From assembly GCA_964389625.1 (NCBI GenBank), contig CAYMEF010000003.1:1-60401 (forward strand): DNA of 60,401 nucleotides, in the 5' to 3' direction. This document shows, in pieces, positions 58,146 to 60,401 of this stretch. The notes below the pieces were generated by a model that saw nothing but the letters and a program-made list of their open reading frames with translations, searched no databases and was not told the DNA's origin. The DNA comes from an uncultured Thermoplasmatales archaeon (lineage in GTDB: Archaea; Thermoplasmatota; Thermoplasmata; Thermoplasmatales; GCA-001856825). Each line of letters starts with the position of its first letter. Positions within the stretch are counted from its first letter, which is position 1. The position numbers and the translations under genes were made by a program.

Positions 58146-58878
58146 CGAGAACCTCGGCGAGGACTCTCCTCTTCCTCCTGCTTAATTCTAGGACGGATGA
58201 ATCTATCATCGCGGTTCCGGAATCCTCCTCAAACTTCTTCAGTCTAAGTATCTCCTTGCCATCTGAATTGAATACGGCACTTCCTCCCCAGAATACCTGG
58301 TTACGCTGGAGCCCTGCGTTGTTCACGTACACCAGATAAGATTGGTTCTCTATCGCCCTCGCTGGGAAGACGCTCTCAAAGAATGGATACGAGGTGAATG
58401 GGGAAGCTGATATGTTTATTAGAACATCCGTGCCCTTCTCCGTGGAGTCGTCAAAGAAAAGGTCGTAGCATATCTCTATACCAAGTTTGAACCCCTTGAA
58501 GTCTATAGAAAGAGGTTCGTTCCCCTTCCTGAAATACCTCATCTCTTCGAATGGCCCAAAATTTGGAAGGTGTCTCTTCTTGTAATAGTTGACAGAGTCC
58601 TTGGTTATGGCAACGGCGGAATTGTAGAGGAAACGGTCTGTGTATGGAGCTCCGAAGATCACCATCCTGTCGCCGGCCCCATCCTGGATCTCGTTCACAA
58701 ATTTCTGATTCAAGAATTTCAGATTGAAGTTATCCCTGATCATGTATCCCGAGTAGAACATTTCTGGGAATATTGCTACATCAAAACTCTCTTCAAGAGT
58801 GTTGGAGATCAACTTTTCGTTCTCCCCGATCCCTCTCGACGGATTCAGCTGTTTTAGCAAGACAGAGAGCCTTGGCAT
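58129..58878 (-). CDS. Carbon-nitrogen hydrolase (nitrilase superfamily)
   Basis: E-K-C triad: FPE, YKKRHLP, EICYD; RAIEN, FWGGS. Confidence 0.9.
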   Translation of the reverse strand: MPRLSVLLKQLNPSRGIGENEKLISNTLEESFDVAIFPEMFYSGYMIRDNFNLKFLNQKFVNEIQDGAGDRMVIFGAPYTDRFLYNSAVAITKDSVNYYKKRHLPNFGPFEEMRYFRKGNEPLSIDFKGFKLGIEICYDLFFDDSTEKGTDVLINISASPFTSYPFFESVFPARAIENQSYLVYVNNAGLQRNQVFWGGSAVFNSDGKEILRLKKFEEDSGTAMIDSSVLELSRRKRRVLAEVLDEIAK

Positions 58879-58964
58879 ATGGAGTGTAATGGAATCACTT
58901 GATATCTATTTTCCTTTACCTGAATTTTCTCCACCATAATTCCCGTACTGAACCGGGATGCATA

Positions 58965-59084
58965 ATCGAACTTGTTCTTCAATCTTACACACCTTATCTT
59001 CCCTCTCCTGTCCCATCTTCGAATGGTTGTCGGATCTATTTGCAGTATTTAGCGCGCATCTCTCGATGTGTAAAGTTTCTCCAT
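58965..59084 (-). pseudogene. IS607-family TnpA (MerR-like HTH) N-terminal relic
   Basis: A different frame from the ORF track reads MEKLYTSRDAR*ILQIDPTTIRRWDRRGKIRCVRL, matching the IS607/excisionase HTH TIRRWD..GKI.CVR; in-frame stop and no resolvase domain. Confidence 0.7.
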
Positions 59085-59222
59085 TGTCTATCACAGGACT
59101 GCTCAATATCATTTAATAACTGCCTTTAGCAATTAAAGTCCATTTAAGATACGCAATTGTTTAAGTAACCTCATTAAGCATCATACAGCAAACGTATTGA
59201 TGTAAATAAATAAAAAATATAA

Positions 59223-59987
59223 TTAGAGAGGTTTGGAGATCTCTGTCTCCAACGGGTCAATTTCGATGTCTATCGTGATCGACTGCTCGCTCAGGACCTC
59301 TTCCAGTGTCTCTTCGATTATTGAGTCAAATGAGTCCCTGTATTTCCCGTATATCGTATCGTAGAGCTTGAGCTGGCTCTCCATGGTCTGGTCCATGTCC
59401 TCCTTGATCCTCTCGTTGATATCCCTTATAGACTCGAATTCGTTGTTATCGTAGACCTCTATGTGATCCGTTTCTTTTCTCAGCTGGGCAAGAGCCCTGT
59501 CTGCGATCTCCTTCCTGTGATCCTCGAACTCGAATGGTCTGACCGCAAATACTTTGTAGGGTGTATTCTCCTTCTTCAACAGTTTCACCATCTCAATGGT
59601 TCCTCCTGACCCAGTTCCTCCGCCAAGTGCAGTAACCAGAAGAACTAGGTCGGCCCTCCTGAGCACTTGAAAGTCGATCAGAGCGGAGTTTTCCTTGAAT
59701 GCCTTCTTTGCGACTTCAACGTAACCGCCAGAGTCCCTGTTGTCAAGAATGTACTCTGTACCAACGTTGATGGACTTGACGTCACCTCTCTTCGCATTGG
59801 AGAGAGCATCTGTGTTCAGACAGTACAGATTGACCTCCCTTCTCTTTTTGCTTAGCTCGGAAACTATATTGCAGCCCCCTCCACCTATACCTACGCATAC
59901 TATGGAGGGTTCTAAGAACTTTTTGTCCCTCGTAAGGCCGTTAGTCAACTGGTATAACAGGCTAGACCTGTTACTCTCATCTATCAC
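59223..59987 (-). CDS. Truncated FtsZ2-like tubulin-family GTPase (N-terminal domain only)
   Basis: VGIGGGGCN, LNTD, LGGGTGSGG tubulin signature, RPFEFE.HR, DNN; no NxDxxD T7 loop and no C-terminal domain; acidic tail. GTG 59987 follows an SD-like GGGGTGA. Confidence 0.85.
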   Translation of the reverse strand: MIDESNRSSLLYQLTNGLTRDKKFLEPSIVCVGIGGGGCNIVSELSKKRREVNLYCLNTDALSNAKRGDVKSINVGTEYILDNRDSGGYVEVAKKAFKENSALIDFQVLRRADLVLLVTALGGGTGSGGTIEMVKLLKKENTPYKVFAVRPFEFEDHRKEIADRALAQLRKETDHIEVYDNNEFESIRDINERIKEDMDQTMESQLKLYDTIYGKYRDSFDSIIEETLEEVLSEQSITIDIEIDPLETEISKPL

Positions 59988-60396
59988 TTTTTTCACCCCT
60001 CTGTTTTTCCTCTCTCCTCTCCTCGAAAGAGAGATCATCAAAATTCAAAAGGTTCCTATCGTCTATGTATCCCCTGACGAGCTTGTTGAGCCACATGGGC
60101 AGGAAGTGCTCTTCGTTGACCTTCCTGACTATAAACTCAAGCGCATCGTATCTATCTCGGAAGAGTCCCTTCGTTACCATTTGGTCGAGTGTGTTCAGGG
60201 TCGCTTTTGAAAGCTTCATTTCTGTGTCTTCAAACGATGTCTTGGATTGCGGGTGCTGTATGTATGAGTAGACAGCGGCCCTGATAAGTTCAGATTTCGA
60301 CTTGAATCTGAGCGAAGTGCTCAGGTAGTCGTTTATCTCATCGTCTTCCTGCGGTGTTAGACGAAGTGCAATTCTCCTGGTACTATTAGAATCCAC
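59977..60396 (-). CDS. Tandem ribbon-helix-helix protein (CdrS-like)
   Basis: RHH1 RRIALRLT...FKSKSELIRAAV; RHH2 EMKLSKATLNTLDQMVTKGLFRDRYDAL; overlaps the start of the FtsZ-like gene. The frame may extend beyond the window end. Confidence 0.8.
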   Translation of the reverse strand: MDSNSTRRIALRLTPQEDDEINDYLSTSLRFKSKSELIRAAVYSYIQHPQSKTSFEDTEMKLSKATLNTLDQMVTKGLFRDRYDALEFIVRKVNEEHFLPMWLNKLVRGYIDDRNLLNFDDLSFEERREEKQRGEKSDR

Positions 60397-60401
60397 TTGG
60401 A

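Noticed and set aside
58906-59112. 68 aa hypothetical ORF
   Set aside because: Another frame of the same DNA matches an IS607 HTH relic better
59113-60396. Plasmid-like TubZRC partition system
   Set aside because: No iterated centromere repeats are seen, the GTPase motifs are FtsZ-like, and the flanks are chromosomal; a cdrS-ftsZ2 derivative is more parsimonious
1-60401. CRISPR arrays, tRNA or rRNA genes
   Set aside because: No regularly spaced repeats, cloverleaf/T-loop signatures or rRNA-like tracts were recognised by eye; a tRNAscan/Infernal run would be needed to exclude small RNAs

Overview
Gene-dense archaeal chromosomal segment, most consistent with Thermoplasmata/Thermoplasmatales (Csl4, aMETTL5, ABCE1, Alba, ArcTGT, PriS, S17e, DUF6015-like protein, tricorn-factor-like M1 peptidase). 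Housekeeping blocks include sucCD-argF, lig-pyrD-pyrK, rtcB, purSLQ, priS-rps17e, tgtA-albA and sua5. A ~16 kb Mo/W-pterin island (24.6-40.4 kb) encodes mobA, a Cys-type formate dehydrogenase alpha subunit coupled to sulfhydrogenase/Asr-type beta and gamma subunits with no hydrogenase catalytic subunit, an aldehyde:ferredoxin oxidoreductase, wtpABC, two moeA, moaB, a deleted moaC relic, a deviant ArsA-like ATPase and moaC. The strongest candidates for undescribed biology are: (1) the FdhA-HydB/HydG hybrid oxidoreductase; (2) an MFS phosphate/sugar-porter-like transporter fused to a DUF47/PhoU-like domain; (3) a tandem ribbon-helix-helix gene coupled to an FtsZ2-like GTPase lacking the T7 loop and C-terminal domain; and (4) an RHH-AlkP-APS kinase operon. 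Three decayed IS relics (IS630, IS1634, IS607) are not called as such in the ORF track. No tRNA, rRNA or CRISPR array was recognised. All calls come from reading motifs by eye; no database searches were run.
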